Part shown: piece by piece, positions 1-12,959 of the stretch | Position numbering within the stretch: the stretch's first letter is position 1 | Layout: each line of letters opens with the position of its first letter | From: Octopus bimaculoides | Taxonomy: Eukaryota | NCBI RefSeq assembly: GCF_001194135.2 | Contig: NC_068983.1 | Location: forward strand, 62,298,825 to 62,362,824 | Direction: 5' to 3' | Length of the DNA: 64,000 nt | Translations under genes and position numbers: made by a program | Notes under the pieces: generated by a model | The model's database searches: none | The model's input: only the letters and a program-made list of their open reading frames with translations | Told to the model about the DNA's origin: nothing

Positions 1-94
1 ATATATATATATATATATATACACACAAAGTAAACTTGCAAGGTTCTGCACGAGTGAAAAGTGAAAATGTTTAGGAAAGTGTGGCTGAAAATGC

Positions 95-1026
95 AGAGGT
101 CTTTTAAAGGTGTTCATTGACTTGACCGGTTTCACTTTTTGAAAAACACATTATCAAAAGTAAAATGTAAAGCTTTGTGTATGCTTTGTGTTAAAAAATG
201 GTTGTTATAATTGTATTAACATACAGTTATGTAATTTTCGGGTGTGTGTGCACATGTGTGTGTGAGTGCTACGTTTGTTGTGGCAAAGTGTGTGTGTGTA
301 CGTGTGAGTGCGAGTGTGTATGTTATTATTCTGTGTGCTGCGTGCATATGTCTGAGTGAATTATTGTGAGTGTTTTTGTTTGTATTCTTTGTGCAGTGTG
401 TGTGTATACGTGTGGGTGTGTTTGTGTGATCGTGTCTATGTGTCTTGCATTTGTCAAGGTGGTGTGTGTTATTGTGTGTGTGCGTGCTTGTGTGTGTGTA
501 TGTATGTGTGTATGTGTGTTTGTGTCTGTGACTGTTTGTTGTGATTGTTGGGATTGTATTGCGTATATATCTGTGTTATTTTGGGGGGATTCCACAATGC
601 TCTCCCCCACCAACCAACCTCCCACACTATTTTTAAAAACAGCAAACATTTCTCATACATACACTACAAGACAGGAGATGATGAATGGAAAGGGTGGTCA
701 TTCCCCTAAAATTCTGTATAAATACTTAAATATATTTCCTTTTGTGTATATATGCTTCTATACAGCCATGATTTTTGATGAACTTAAAAAAATTATAAAT
801 TTATTTTACTACCTATTTTGAACACTTTCATGTAAAGTGTTTGAACAGAAAGCCCTTCTTAACATTTTCTTATCATTGTCAAACTGTATAACTGTATTTT
901 AATACAATTATGATAACCATTTTTAACACAACAAAGTTTACACAAAGCTTTACATTTTACTTTTGATAATGTTTGTTTTAACAAAGTGAAACCGGTCAAG
1001 TCAATAAACATCTTTAAAAGACCTCT
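95..1026. mobile_element. Putative non-autonomous foldback/MITE-like element with ~135-bp inverted arms
   Basis: 95-230 is the reverse complement of 888-1026; the outer 43 bp match at 41/43 and the whole arm at roughly 85%. The interior is non-coding and GT-rich. No TSD found. Confidence 0.6.
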
Positions 1027-1059
1027 TTCATATATATATATGTGTGTGTGTGTGTGTGT

Positions 1060-1859
1060 NNNNNNNNNNNNNNNNNNNNNNNNNNNNNNNNNNNNNNNNN
1101 NNNNNNNNNNNNNNNNNNNNNNNNNNNNNNNNNNNNNNNNNNNNNNNNNNNNNNNNNNNNNNNNNNNNNNNNNNNNNNNNNNNNNNNNNNNNNNNNNNNN
1201 NNNNNNNNNNNNNNNNNNNNNNNNNNNNNNNNNNNNNNNNNNNNNNNNNNNNNNNNNNNNNNNNNNNNNNNNNNNNNNNNNNNNNNNNNNNNNNNNNNNN
1301 NNNNNNNNNNNNNNNNNNNNNNNNNNNNNNNNNNNNNNNNNNNNNNNNNNNNNNNNNNNNNNNNNNNNNNNNNNNNNNNNNNNNNNNNNNNNNNNNNNNN
1401 NNNNNNNNNNNNNNNNNNNNNNNNNNNNNNNNNNNNNNNNNNNNNNNNNNNNNNNNNNNNNNNNNNNNNNNNNNNNNNNNNNNNNNNNNNNNNNNNNNNN
1501 NNNNNNNNNNNNNNNNNNNNNNNNNNNNNNNNNNNNNNNNNNNNNNNNNNNNNNNNNNNNNNNNNNNNNNNNNNNNNNNNNNNNNNNNNNNNNNNNNNNN
1601 NNNNNNNNNNNNNNNNNNNNNNNNNNNNNNNNNNNNNNNNNNNNNNNNNNNNNNNNNNNNNNNNNNNNNNNNNNNNNNNNNNNNNNNNNNNNNNNNNNNN
1701 NNNNNNNNNNNNNNNNNNNNNNNNNNNNNNNNNNNNNNNNNNNNNNNNNNNNNNNNNNNNNNNNNNNNNNNNNNNNNNNNNNNNNNNNNNNNNNNNNNNN
1801 NNNNNNNNNNNNNNNNNNNNNNNNNNNNNNNNNNNNNNNNNNNNNNNNNNNNNNNNNNN
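1060..1859. other. Assembly gap (800 N)
   Basis: N run; other gaps at 5127-5547, 7437-7446, 55485-55494 and 59432-59576, mostly next to microsatellites. Confidence 0.99.
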
Positions 1860-2949
1860 GTAGGTAACAGAGAATTGACGATATGTTAATAACTTAATGT
1901 TTATCTGTTAAAACTCTCCACTTTCTTTTTATTATATACTATATTGAAATATACCCATATATATTGAAGTGAAACAATTATTGAACTCCGTCATATACTT
2001 AATTGGTGCCTATTATTAAACAGTAAACACGAATACTATTAAGTAATACTGGACTCCTTGAATGTTTCATCGATATATAAGATTAAACCGATGAAGCTTG
2101 GATGTTAATATCCCTTTTTAAGAGATATCTGTATCCACAAACTAATTTGTGTGTGTGTGTGCGCGCGTGTGGGTGCGTGTGTGTGCCTATGTTCCCTCTG
2201 TTTCTCTTGTACTCCTAACTCTGCAACCCTTTCCACTTCGTCTTTCATACTTGTAACCTACTGTCATTCTTATGTTCTTGCCTTCTCTACTCATAATGTG
2301 AAAGGAGAAAGTAAGATGATAAGAAATATCAATAGAAAGAATGAAGAGAGAACGGGATAAGAAGTAAAGGTGGAATAGGAATAGCCAGCGATTACAATAA
2401 TGAAGGTTAAAGTTTGGATGTAGAAAAGAAAAATGACTGGGTTATGCACAAAAGAGAAGCTGATAGAAATAAAAGTTCTTCATATTGTTTATGTGGTTGT
2501 TGGAGGCTGCGATGAGAAAATTTTAATGATTGTTTAAATATATTACGCAGCAGAGTATAAAGTCTTTCTTTCACTAATAACACTTTCCGCTTCAAAGAAT
2601 AAAACACCTTTTTATATTTATATATTCAAATTAATATCCGTTCTAATGATTTTCTGGGTAAGATAAACGATAGCTGGTCTGTTGAGACAATTAGTTTTTC
2701 TCCTCGCCGTACCTAAGTACACGCAGAAAAGTAAAAGCATTATCATTTTGACTACAATTTAAAGAAGGTCCGAAATGGAATCAATGCCGTTTTTGTTACA
2801 AGTGTTCGACAGTATAGTCTCTGGTGAATTTGCATAGTGATCTCACATATATAATATTGCCAAAATTATATCTTAAAAATTGGGTTTCCGCTTCAAGTTG
2901 CAAAACTATTTCAGTTCTTATCAGTTGACAACGCTTTACCAATTTAAGT

Positions 2950-3790
2950 GACCCACATCAGGAGTTAAGCAGCTGGAACACTCACAAGCCATCTAGACTG
3001 ACAAGCACTAACGCACATGATAGAGATAAAATACAAATACTTATATTTGGGCACTTTATCCATTTCATATTCAGATACATTGTTGCCTGTAGGAATTCAT
3101 GAATTGATTTTTCTTCCTGCTGTTATTTGACAATGTTTCCCACGGGATTTTCTTGAATTTCTTTCGAAGTTTGTGAAATAGCATGTCACAAGCTTGAGAT
3201 CATTTGTCATTTTCTAAGACTTTTTTCTTGAGTATGATGAGGTTAGCGGTTCTGTGGCATTTTTACATACCATGACATATTGTTTTCTTCTGCTCTAATG
3301 CTCTGTTCGCATTCAATCAGTCCTCTTCACCCTCTTTTTCTTGGTACATACAGTCTGTCTCTGTCTCTTCTTGGGTGGAGTATTCCATATCTAGTCAGCA
3401 ACATCCTTGTCTTTCTGTCTAAGCTGTTTAATTCGTCTGCTGTCCATGCGACTACCCCTGCTACGTATCTAAGTAGTGAAACTGCCCAGGTGTTGATAGC
3501 TTTAATATTATTTCGTCCGTTTAATTTCGACTTCAAGTTTAGTCTCAGTCTGTGCAAGTACTCCACCTTAAATTTTTCTGTCATTTCTTTCTCCATCAAT
3601 TTATCCATTTCCAAAATCCCCAAGTACTTACAGCCCGTCTCTTCTATCTGCTTCATAACCTCCTTCGACTGTATCGCTAGCCCATCCATACAATTGATTT
3701 TGTCTCTCTTCAAGTCTAACACGCCACACTTTTTCAGTCCGAACTCCATTCTGATATCAGCACTGAAAATATACACCATATCAACGAGGG
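2950..3790 (-). mobile_element. R4/Dong-like non-LTR retrotransposon fragment (RT C-terminal/thumb region)
   Basis: ORF 3327-3779: DIRMEFGLKKCGVL...KYLGILEMD...SKLNGRNNIKAINTWAVSLLRY...LDRKTR...RLYVPRKRG, then IRAEENNMSWYV; the distal part is decayed. Confidence 0.8.
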
Positions 3791-3832
3791 AACTGATTAT
3801 AATATTATTATTATTGTTATTAGTATTATCAT

Positions 3833-4278
3833 TCCTTCATAACACAGTGTAAAAATGCACTGCAGTCTTTAATCATCTGTCAAGTCACACGGACCTCAGA
3901 TATATAATACTTTCCTTAAGATATGCGCTGTGTCCAATAAGGCTGCTTTTTGCAAGACATCAAACTTGCATGGGATTTCCAGTTGCCTTAAGTTGTCTTG
4001 AATTTTCAATGGGATTGAGCCCAGCGCTCCGATCACCACTTGTATCACTTTTACATTATTCTCTCGCATTCCATACAGTCTTGCCATTTCCACTTTCAAT
4101 TCGGAGTACTTGGTGGATTTTTCAACCTCTTTAGTCACAACATTCATGTTATTTGGTATGTCTACATCAATGATCTGTCTATTCGTCTCTCTTATTCAAT
4201 ACGACAATATCCGGCCGATGGTGTTCGATTACACGATCCGCTGAAAATCATAGTCCCAGAGTATCGTTACTTTTCCTG

Positions 4279-4280
<2 letters not shown>
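3833..4280 (-). mobile_element. 5'-truncated R4/Dong-like element: restriction-like endonuclease (RLE) domain and 3' UTR
   Basis: ILWDYDFQ/DRVIEHHRPDIVVLNKR...KEVEKSTKYSELKVEMARLY...VVIGALGS...LQKAALLDTAHILRKVL; bounded by (TAA)n on both sides. Confidence 0.8.

Positions 4281-4369
<89 letters not shown>
4281..4369. repeat. (TTA/TAA)n microsatellite, ~30 units
   Basis: Pure trinucleotide run. Confidence 0.95.
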
Positions 4370-4371
<2 letters not shown>

Positions 4372-4900
4372 AAGTCTAATACACGCTTAATATGTTTAGT
4401 AGAGATTTTATCTTGAGGTTTGTAGTCAACAGGTCTCCTCAAGTTTCTAAAATCTTTTTTTAGGCTTCTTGCATTCTTCCAGAATAATGATGGCATTTTT
4501 CATCAGGTCGGGGGATATTCAATTCCAACATACTTCCGACTCTTATATAGCAGTCTGGGTGCCGAGTGAACCAGTTACTTTTGATTTGATAGATTTTAGA
4601 ATGATGTTTTTGTAAATACATATATTATCATACCCATATAATTATGATGTCTAGACTGTTTGCTTTCATCTTCTCATCGGTCTGAAAAGGCATTTTCAGC
4701 TTAAGTCCGATCACTGCGATACACCAGATTTCGTACCTGCATATACCACCCCTTATATTTCATGTCGATATGTTGGCATGTTGCCCAGTGCACATTACTA
4801 ACCAATTCTGTCGTGTGTATTGCTAAATTTTGTCTACGTAACAAATAAGCGGTCAAAAATAATGGGGACGCTTGCTTCAATGCACCGATTGGATTGTATA
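4370..4900 (-). mobile_element. Decayed R4/Dong-like RLE fragment
   Basis: Broken frames give HDRIG..VHWATCQHIDMKYKGWY and FQTDEKMKANSLDIII; the 3' end runs into (TAA)n at 4369-4281. Confidence 0.55.
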
Positions 4901-5006
4901 CTCTGCTTTTGATTTCAAACTATTGTCTTTGATATATTTTTTTATTGCAGATTGCAGATTAGTCTGGTCAACAATTGATCATGTTAATTTCCATCGCTGA
5001 ATTAAT

Positions 5007-5039
<33 letters not shown>

Positions 5040-5634
5040 TACATATATATGTATGTGTATGTATATGTATATGTGTGTACGAATATAGGTATGCATGTAT
5101 ATACACATATGTATATATATATATATNNNNNNNNNNNNNNNNNNNNNNNNNNNNNNNNNNNNNNNNNNNNNNNNNNNNNNNNNNNNNNNNNNNNNNNNNN
5201 NNNNNNNNNNNNNNNNNNNNNNNNNNNNNNNNNNNNNNNNNNNNNNNNNNNNNNNNNNNNNNNNNNNNNNNNNNNNNNNNNNNNNNNNNNNNNNNNNNNN
5301 NNNNNNNNNNNNNNNNNNNNNNNNNNNNNNNNNNNNNNNNNNNNNNNNNNNNNNNNNNNNNNNNNNNNNNNNNNNNNNNNNNNNNNNNNNNNNNNNNNNN
5401 NNNNNNNNNNNNNNNNNNNNNNNNNNNNNNNNNNNNNNNNNNNNNNNNNNNNNNNNNNNNNNNNNNNNNNNNNNNNNNNNNNNNNNNNNNNNNNNNNNNN
5501 NNNNNNNNNNNNNNNNNNNNNNNNNNNNNNNNNNNNNNNNNNNNNNNTGGTGATTAGCTTTTATAGCAATAAACAATCGGAACTAAGGCAACTTATTTTT
5601 TCAGAAATATCAATACCTCCCATTTTGGTATACA

Positions 5635-5636
<2 letters not shown>

Positions 5637-5716
<80 letters not shown>

Positions 5717-5945
5717 CCTACATATCTGTATATGAAGGTATCCGAAGACACTTGTGTTTGTATGAGTACGTCTAAGCATGTATTTCTGTGCGTGTATGCA
5801 TGTATGCATGTATGTATTTATGCATGTATGTATGCATGTATGTATGTATGCATGCATGTATGTATGCATGTATGTATGCATGTATGCATGCATGTATGTT
5901 TGTATGTATGTATGTATGTATGTATGTTTGCATGCATGTATGTTC
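5637..5945. repeat. Compound (CA)n/(TA)n/(ATGT,ATGC)n simple repeats
   Basis: Visible directly; similar compound tracts at 241-540, 6470-6695, 9423-9520, 11170-11240, 12130-12367, 19030-19090 and 42006-42130 explain most spurious ORFs. Confidence 0.9.
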
Positions 5946-8059
5946 ATGTAAGCTGTTCCACTGAGCACCCTTAGTAATTTCTCTTATCTCATTTCCGTTT
6001 TAATTATACAAATAATACTCCCAAGCCCATTAATGTTTTTCTACCGTTCTTATATACATATAAGTCCTATGTCTGACTGATATTAACGTAGGACAATGCT
6101 GTAAAGATATCGCCTATTATCGCTTTACAGTTGCCCTCATTTGTACAGATATAAAAAAAGAACTAAAAGAGATCGTCATTTTTTTAATGGTATGATAATT
6201 CAGGAGTGTGTTTGATACCTTTAGTTCAGTTCCCATTTATAGAAAATCAATTATTCTCTTGAATTAGCATGCTATTAAGAAAAACCAATTTTTTTTCTTC
6301 GTCATCTGGACAGAAGACGGCGGCATTCAATAATAAGTGTCATCAGTACATTGTCCGATGTTTCTATAAGCCAAGCATAAGATTTAGACATGCAAAAACA
6401 ATAAAAAAATATTCAAGGCCCCTTGAGTGAAGGGTGTAATCTGCATAATAATCTGCATAATTAAAACGAATGTATATGTTTGTGTGCATGTGTATGTGTA
6501 TGTGTGTGTGTGCGTATACGTTTGTAAGCATGTATCCCTTACGTTATATATGTTTCTATATATATATGTATGTGTGTGTGTTTATGTATGTGTGTATACA
6601 CACATACATACACACAAACACACATACATACACACAAACACACATATATATTTGTATGTATGTATGTATGTATGTATGTATGTATGTATGTATGCACCAA
6701 GGAAAGAGAGTAACATAGCGGGAAAGAACGGAAATGGAGGAGACAAAGACAATAAGAAAGTGTGATAGACAAAAAAAATGAGGAAGGTTCAAAATTTGTC
6801 TACCTTCTGATTTTTAATCGAAAAAATATAGACATTTATTTTAGTGAGCTATCTTAGTGTTGTTATGCTAATTTCAGGGTGTATAAATTATTCTAGAAAG
6901 GTTGTATATGTGGGTTTAGAGGCGTGTTTGCGTGATAATAGAGAAACTCTCTCAGACCTATCGCTCTTTGCGCCGCCGCCAAGTAAAAATGAAATACGTA
7001 AGTGTAGAAAATTTTAAAGTAACTTTATAACAATAACGTTTAGCGCGAACTTTTTCTGTTTTTAATCTTACCTTTTTCTATTAATATTTTTCGCGTATGT
7101 TTTAAATTTACAGTTCAAAATCAGCAAACAAATTCAATCTTATTAATTAAAAAAAGGTTAATTTTTTTAAAAAATGGTCCATTTCAAGCCGCTATGCCAA
7201 AGGCTTAGACCTGCGGCAACTAACAACATGCTGAGATAAGACCGAGTGAAACAGGGTTTATTTAACGAGATGCCCCTTCGAGACACTTCTGCACCGAGGG
7301 ATGCACCATAACCAGTTGTACAGAATCCCACTCGCGAAGGATCAACGCAGGACGTGTCGACACGATCGTTGTGAACAAAATTTCTCGTGTATTCCATTTT
7401 CCGTCTCTATCTTTTGTTTTTATATATATATATATANNNNNNNNNNTATATGCATATATACGTGTGTGTGCATATATATGCTTATATATGCATAGAAATG
7501 TACATACATACATACATGCATATATATGCATTGTGTCAGGTTACTCTCGAGCACTGCTGGTAACATATAACCCAGTACAACTTGTGCCATGGTTTGGTCG
7601 GCGACTAAACTAGCAATCTCACCAAGCTTACTTGGTGACGAGAGTAATTGTTGGACGCCCTGCAGGACGAAAAATAAGACCTGTCAAACGGCGGAAGAGC
7701 TCATGTATAGTTAACGGCCATCCAACATTATGTGTACATAGGTGCGTATGTGTGTACGTGTGTGTGTATTTATTTATATATATTTTTATACATCTTCTCA
7801 TATTTTTATCTTTTCTTTTTTTCTTTTTTTTAATATATATTTTCATATATTTACATATCTTTTATATATTTATATATTGTTTATGTATATATATATTTAT
7901 GTATATTTCATGTAATTTTATTTTATTTATATTCTTGATTTTGAATTTATTTAATTATCTATGTATTTATTTATTTTTATTTAAAGTAAAACATTTTCAA
8001 ATTGTAAAAATTTCAAATTCTATATCTTTTCTTAATGTGTACATATGTATATATATTTT

Positions 8060-8280
8060 TTTGTGCGGGGGTGTGCAGATGAGCCTCATTAGCCGTGGTG
8101 AAGGCAACTCTTCTAGGAGAAGGTTATTCTGACATAAAACCAGGTTGATGGGAGCAGACTGGGCTCCTGTTTTGAAACGAAGCCGTGATTAGGAGAACCA
8201 GCATAGGAGAATAAAGGTCTGAATTCAAATTGACTTACCACTAGTGGCTTGCAGTCTCCTTTTGACGAAAAGCCTAGGTA
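8060..8280 (+). mobile_element. Possible RTE-clade LINE 5' region fragment
   Basis: Two copies of a GGCAAC..TAGGAGAAGG..CTGA.T.AAAC-like motif that resembles RTE 5' UTRs as I recall them; no coding support. Confidence 0.25.
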
Positions 8281-8563
8281 CTCCGATATAAAACCTGCAG
8301 TCAACTTAGTACTCCGATATATAAAGATATAAGAAGGTACTCCGATATAAAAAGATATAAGGTACTCCGATATAAAACCTGCAGTCAACTTAATACTAGT
8401 CATCTTGCTTTGCTTGTCACTGGAATCTACTATTTTGAACCAGAGAGTGGCAAAAGTGTTGTATAAGCGTTTGTCACTGAAATCCAATGCAGTACAGATT
8501 TCCCCGACAAAACACCATCTTCGTACAATCATCACGTTTCAATACAAATGAATACACACGCTC

Positions 8564-8603
<40 letters not shown>

Positions 8604-9422
8604 TTATTTGGGGATGGTTATGTTACCAGTTTAGCCAATAAAAACATACGCACTATATATTTGGTGTTAATTTGCTTCAGCTTTATTTTATTTTTTGCTT
8701 TAATCGTATTTCGGCCAGAGTTCTTTCGTCACACTTCTGTGACCTCATCAGTGGTTCTTTGCTTTCTTCTTTCTTATTTGCGTGTCTTTCCTTACTAACG
8801 ATCAGTCATTTTGTATTTGTATTCCTATTGTATGTGTCTTTATTTACACATGCGTATACCCCTATGTGTGTCTATGTTTAGTAAGTGCGTGTATGGTGGG
8901 GGAGTGCCTGCAGTATCTGTATCCCTTGTATATACACGTTCGTCTAATTTATTATTATTTATTCTATTCTGCTTTATTTTATTTTTGTTCTACTTTTATT
9001 TATTTTGCTTTTATTTTTATCTTATTCATTTTATATTTTATACCTTTTATTTTCATTTCAGTTGTATTTTACTTTTTCTATTATTTTATTTTATTCTACC
9101 TTATTTATTTTACTTTGTTTCGTATTATATTATATCCAAATTAATCCGTTAACCCTCACACACACGCAAAAATATAGAGTAATTCCATATATTTAGCCTG
9201 CTGATATGAACTAAGAGGTCAACATGTAATCTTCTATTGTATATCTTTTCCCTGATGATATTTTGTTTATATCTTATAAATGCAAATTTAAGGCATACAT
9301 TTATAATTTATTTAATGAGCACAAATGGAAACAGCTGTAAGAAGTAAGAATTATCAATTTATGAATGAATTATTATTAACTTTCAAATTTCCATTTTCTT
9401 TTCTTCTAGTAATTGAAAACGG

Positions 9423-9525
<103 letters not shown>

Positions 9526-10339
9526 TGTGTGTGTGTGTATACACACATATATATACGTACATATATATTTTTTCACACGGACAGGTGTATAGCAAGTCAT
9601 CTACAGAGAATCGAAATCGAATTGCAGTTTTACTTCAATGGGAGCGTACACGAAATTTCAATTTGCTCACCACATAAAATGTGCATATTAACAGTGAAAT
9701 TAAATTGACATATTTTTTTCCATTTCAAGCGGGACAAATGATGATTAAATTCTCAGACATTTCTACCAGATGCTATAATTTCGTATACGGTGTATAAAAT
9801 TTGTTCGATATTTTTCAATGAACTATTTTCACTGGGATATTTATACGACTATCATTTCTTTGGCATTTACAGACCACTGGTTTCTGACATTAGTCAAAGA
9901 GGAAAATGTAATATCTCCTAAGAGTTGTAGACATTTTCAAGTGTTCTCTTTCGAGTGTTTTATAGAAGGTTATGTTTAGTCTCCCGTCAATTGGATAGTA
10001 ATAAACAAGTACTATCTTTTACAGCTTATACTTCACTAAACATAAAACAGTTATCACAAATTTCACATATTATACTTGATTGCAATCCGAAATCTTAAGT
10101 AAATAGTTAAATATATATATATATAAATCACTAACTGTCACAGTGGAAAGCTGATAGCGTGTCTAATTAAATGTATTCCCTTCAGTCTTGAACATTCTAA
10201 GTTCAAATCTTGTTCGTTTCTTCAAGTGCTCGATAAAATATTATTTCGACTGCTATACTGTTCTCTTCCCTCAAAATATGCTGAGTTGTGCGTGTGTTAA
10301 AATTCAATATTCTTTTTAGCTAATCTTATCTTTATATTT

Positions 10340-10555
10340 TATCTTTTACTTGTTGCAGTCATCGGACTGCTATCATGCTGGGGTTTAGTTGAACAAATCG
10401 ACCCCAGTACTTATTTTCGAAGCATGAACTTATTCCACCGGTACCTTTTGTCGAACTGCTAGATTTACAGGGATGTTGACAAACCAACACCAGTTGTCTA
10501 GTGAGGGTAAGGAGCAAACACAAAGAATAAAGACGCACACACACGCTGAATATCC
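10340..10555 (-). mobile_element. 3' half of the CORE-type SINE family
   Basis: Diverged reverse complement of 24520-24718. Confidence 0.7.
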
Positions 10556-11150
10556 ATGAGAACTACGTTAAGGGTATCCGTGTCTGTGGAGTGCTCAGCC
10601 ACTTTTACATTAACTTCATGAGCAAGCTCTTCTATTGGTCAGATCAACTAGAACACATGTCAACGTAACCAACGGAGTGCCAGGATATGTATGCATACGT
10701 ATGAGTATGCATGCATGTATGAACGCATGTATGTATGTAGGCATGCGTGTATGTATGTATTTATTTGTGTGACTATGTGTCGGTATGTGTGTATGGATGT
10801 AGTCGTAGCATGGCCGAAAAGATAAGTAGTTCGTTTCACATACTCGAAGTCTCTGATACGATCCTTTTGCATGACATCTCGGGTAAATGTTATTTTTAAT
10901 AACCTCGGGTCGGCATATACGTTATGAGAGAAATTGCGTTTGCCAGAAACTGTATAGAAGCCCATCGAATGGTTTGTACCAGTAAGTTAAAAGGTACAAA
11001 CGTGTTACACTGATTTTGTCAGAGAATTATTAAAAGGGTGGTACACGTGTCTGTGAAATGCTCTGGCACTTACGCGTTAATTTGGGAGCAGGTAATTCAG
11101 TAGATCAAACAACTGAGTTTTTATCGTTCATCGATGGGGATCCACCACCA
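10556..11150 (+). repeat. Two diverged copies of a ~110-bp interspersed repeat (10575-10682 and 11035-11150)
   Basis: GGGTA..CGTGTCTGTGGAGTGCTCAGCCACTT vs GGTACACGTGTCTGTGAAATGCTCTGGCACTT. Confidence 0.55.
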
Positions 11151-11181
11151 TCATATACGTACTTAAATGTGTATGTGTGTG

Positions 11182-11242
<61 letters not shown>

Positions 11243-12310
11243 GCTTTTGGTAGGAAGATTAAAACATATATCATAAGTGACAACTTCAACATGATATTGC
11301 AATTTTCTCCCTCGCATTACCGACGGTCTTTTCTTTTTTTAAGTATCTTTGATTCTGCACGACTTGTGTAATCTGTTATATGAAATATATTGGTGTGTTA
11401 TTAGTAGTTTGGTGTGATGTTGAAGGTTAAATTGAAATGAGACAGGCTTGACTAATATAATCAATCTGATGTAGCGTTAATATACAAAATGTATCCAATC
11501 GAACGGGAATCTTCTCTGAAAAATTTCATCACATTCCCAGTAAAGAGAAATCAAAGTGTCTATTGGCTTTTTGTTCCTCTGATAACAGACTCGTTTTAAA
11601 TTGGTTAATAATTAATTGTTTTTAACACCATGATATTTTCTTTCTTTACATAAATTACAACTTGGTAATTAGTAAACAATACTACATAATTAATTAAATT
11701 TTATTTTAATAGCGCTTTTTTTCTTTACAAATCACATTACATTCACTCAAGAATATCTGTGTAAAGAAAACTCGATACGTCAGCAAGATCAAATAATGAA
11801 TTGATTATTTCATAACGATACTTTTATTTCTGAATGTTTTATATTTAGAAGCTGTATTCTTTTGATAAGCAGTGAAAAAATGATGCATTATTTTCTTAGA
11901 CTATGCTTCATTAAATATTCAATTTTACATTCATGTTTCTTGAGATATTCACATACAAATAATTAGTCTGCGAGTATGTTTGTTTTCACACATAAGAGAT
12001 AGTGTCGAAGCAGAAGGCTGTCAAACGGCAGAGTGACTGTAGGACTTCTATGCTCTAGTACAATACAGTATGCGTAAAGAACATGTATACATAATAAAAA
12101 TGTTAATATCTAAATCTGTTTCTGTGTATATGTGAGTGTGCATATATGTATGTATTTGTGTATGCATGTATATATGCATGTATGTACGAATGTATGTATA
12201 TATGTATGTGTGTGTATGTATGTATGTATGTAAGTATGTATGTATGTATGCATGTATGTACGTATGTATGTATATTTGTGTGTATGTAGTATGTATTTAG
12301 TTAGTTAGTT

Positions 12311-12367
<57 letters not shown>

Positions 12368-12369
12368 TT

Positions 12370-12740
12370 TTTTGGAAAGAAATTCCTGTCGTATTTTTGA
12401 TATGATCGTGTTGAGGGTACTTCTTCAATACTTGCGGTAGAATAAGCGTTTATTTCTACATTCGAATGTTTCTTTTTAGATTACGTTATAGCATGGTGGT
12501 TAAATTCGTATCGATTTTATCCTTTTAAAACGAGTTTAGATAAAACTTCTATCAGACACTCCATGTAGTATGGATTTAAAAGGGACTCTTAAGCAATAGA
12601 AGCGGCAAGAAATATTCGTTCTCTCTATGGAAATGCAGTTTTAAGTGCCCGGACATGCCAAAAGTGGTTTGCGAAGTTTCGCTCGGAATATTTTTCTCTC
12701 GTTGATTCCTCTTGATCTGGACAAGTTCCAGCTATGGTCG
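12370..12740 (+). mobile_element. Mariner transposase N-terminal fragment
   Basis: YGFKRDS*AIEAARNIRSLYGNAVLSARTCQKWFAKFRSEYFSLVDSS*SGQ matches the mariner HTH region. Confidence 0.7.
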
Positions 12741-12959
12741 TGGAAGGTAAAATTAATACACTGTGATATCATTAATTTGCAATCCCATTTGACAGCAGAA
12801 TAAATATCAAGGAAACTCAGAAAATGAAAAATATTAAGACCAAGCCAAAGAGATGAAGAAATTGTAGAATACGAGCGTGAAAATTGTTCCTGTGGTAAAA
12901 GATGCATCGAGTACAACGCCCAAACTTTTATCTAACAATTACGCTGTAATTGAATCACA

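Noticed and set aside
326-821. CV/YI/HT-rich ORFs here and throughout the window
   Set aside because: Translations of (GT)n, (AT)n, (CA)n and (ATGT)n microsatellites.
986-1889. Long ORFs spanning N runs (also 4968-5735 and 59364-59834)
   Set aside because: Artefacts of assembly gaps translated as X.
7167-7400. Relatively GC-rich 76-aa ORF
   Set aside because: No recognisable domain and no convincing splice sites; probably a repeat fragment.
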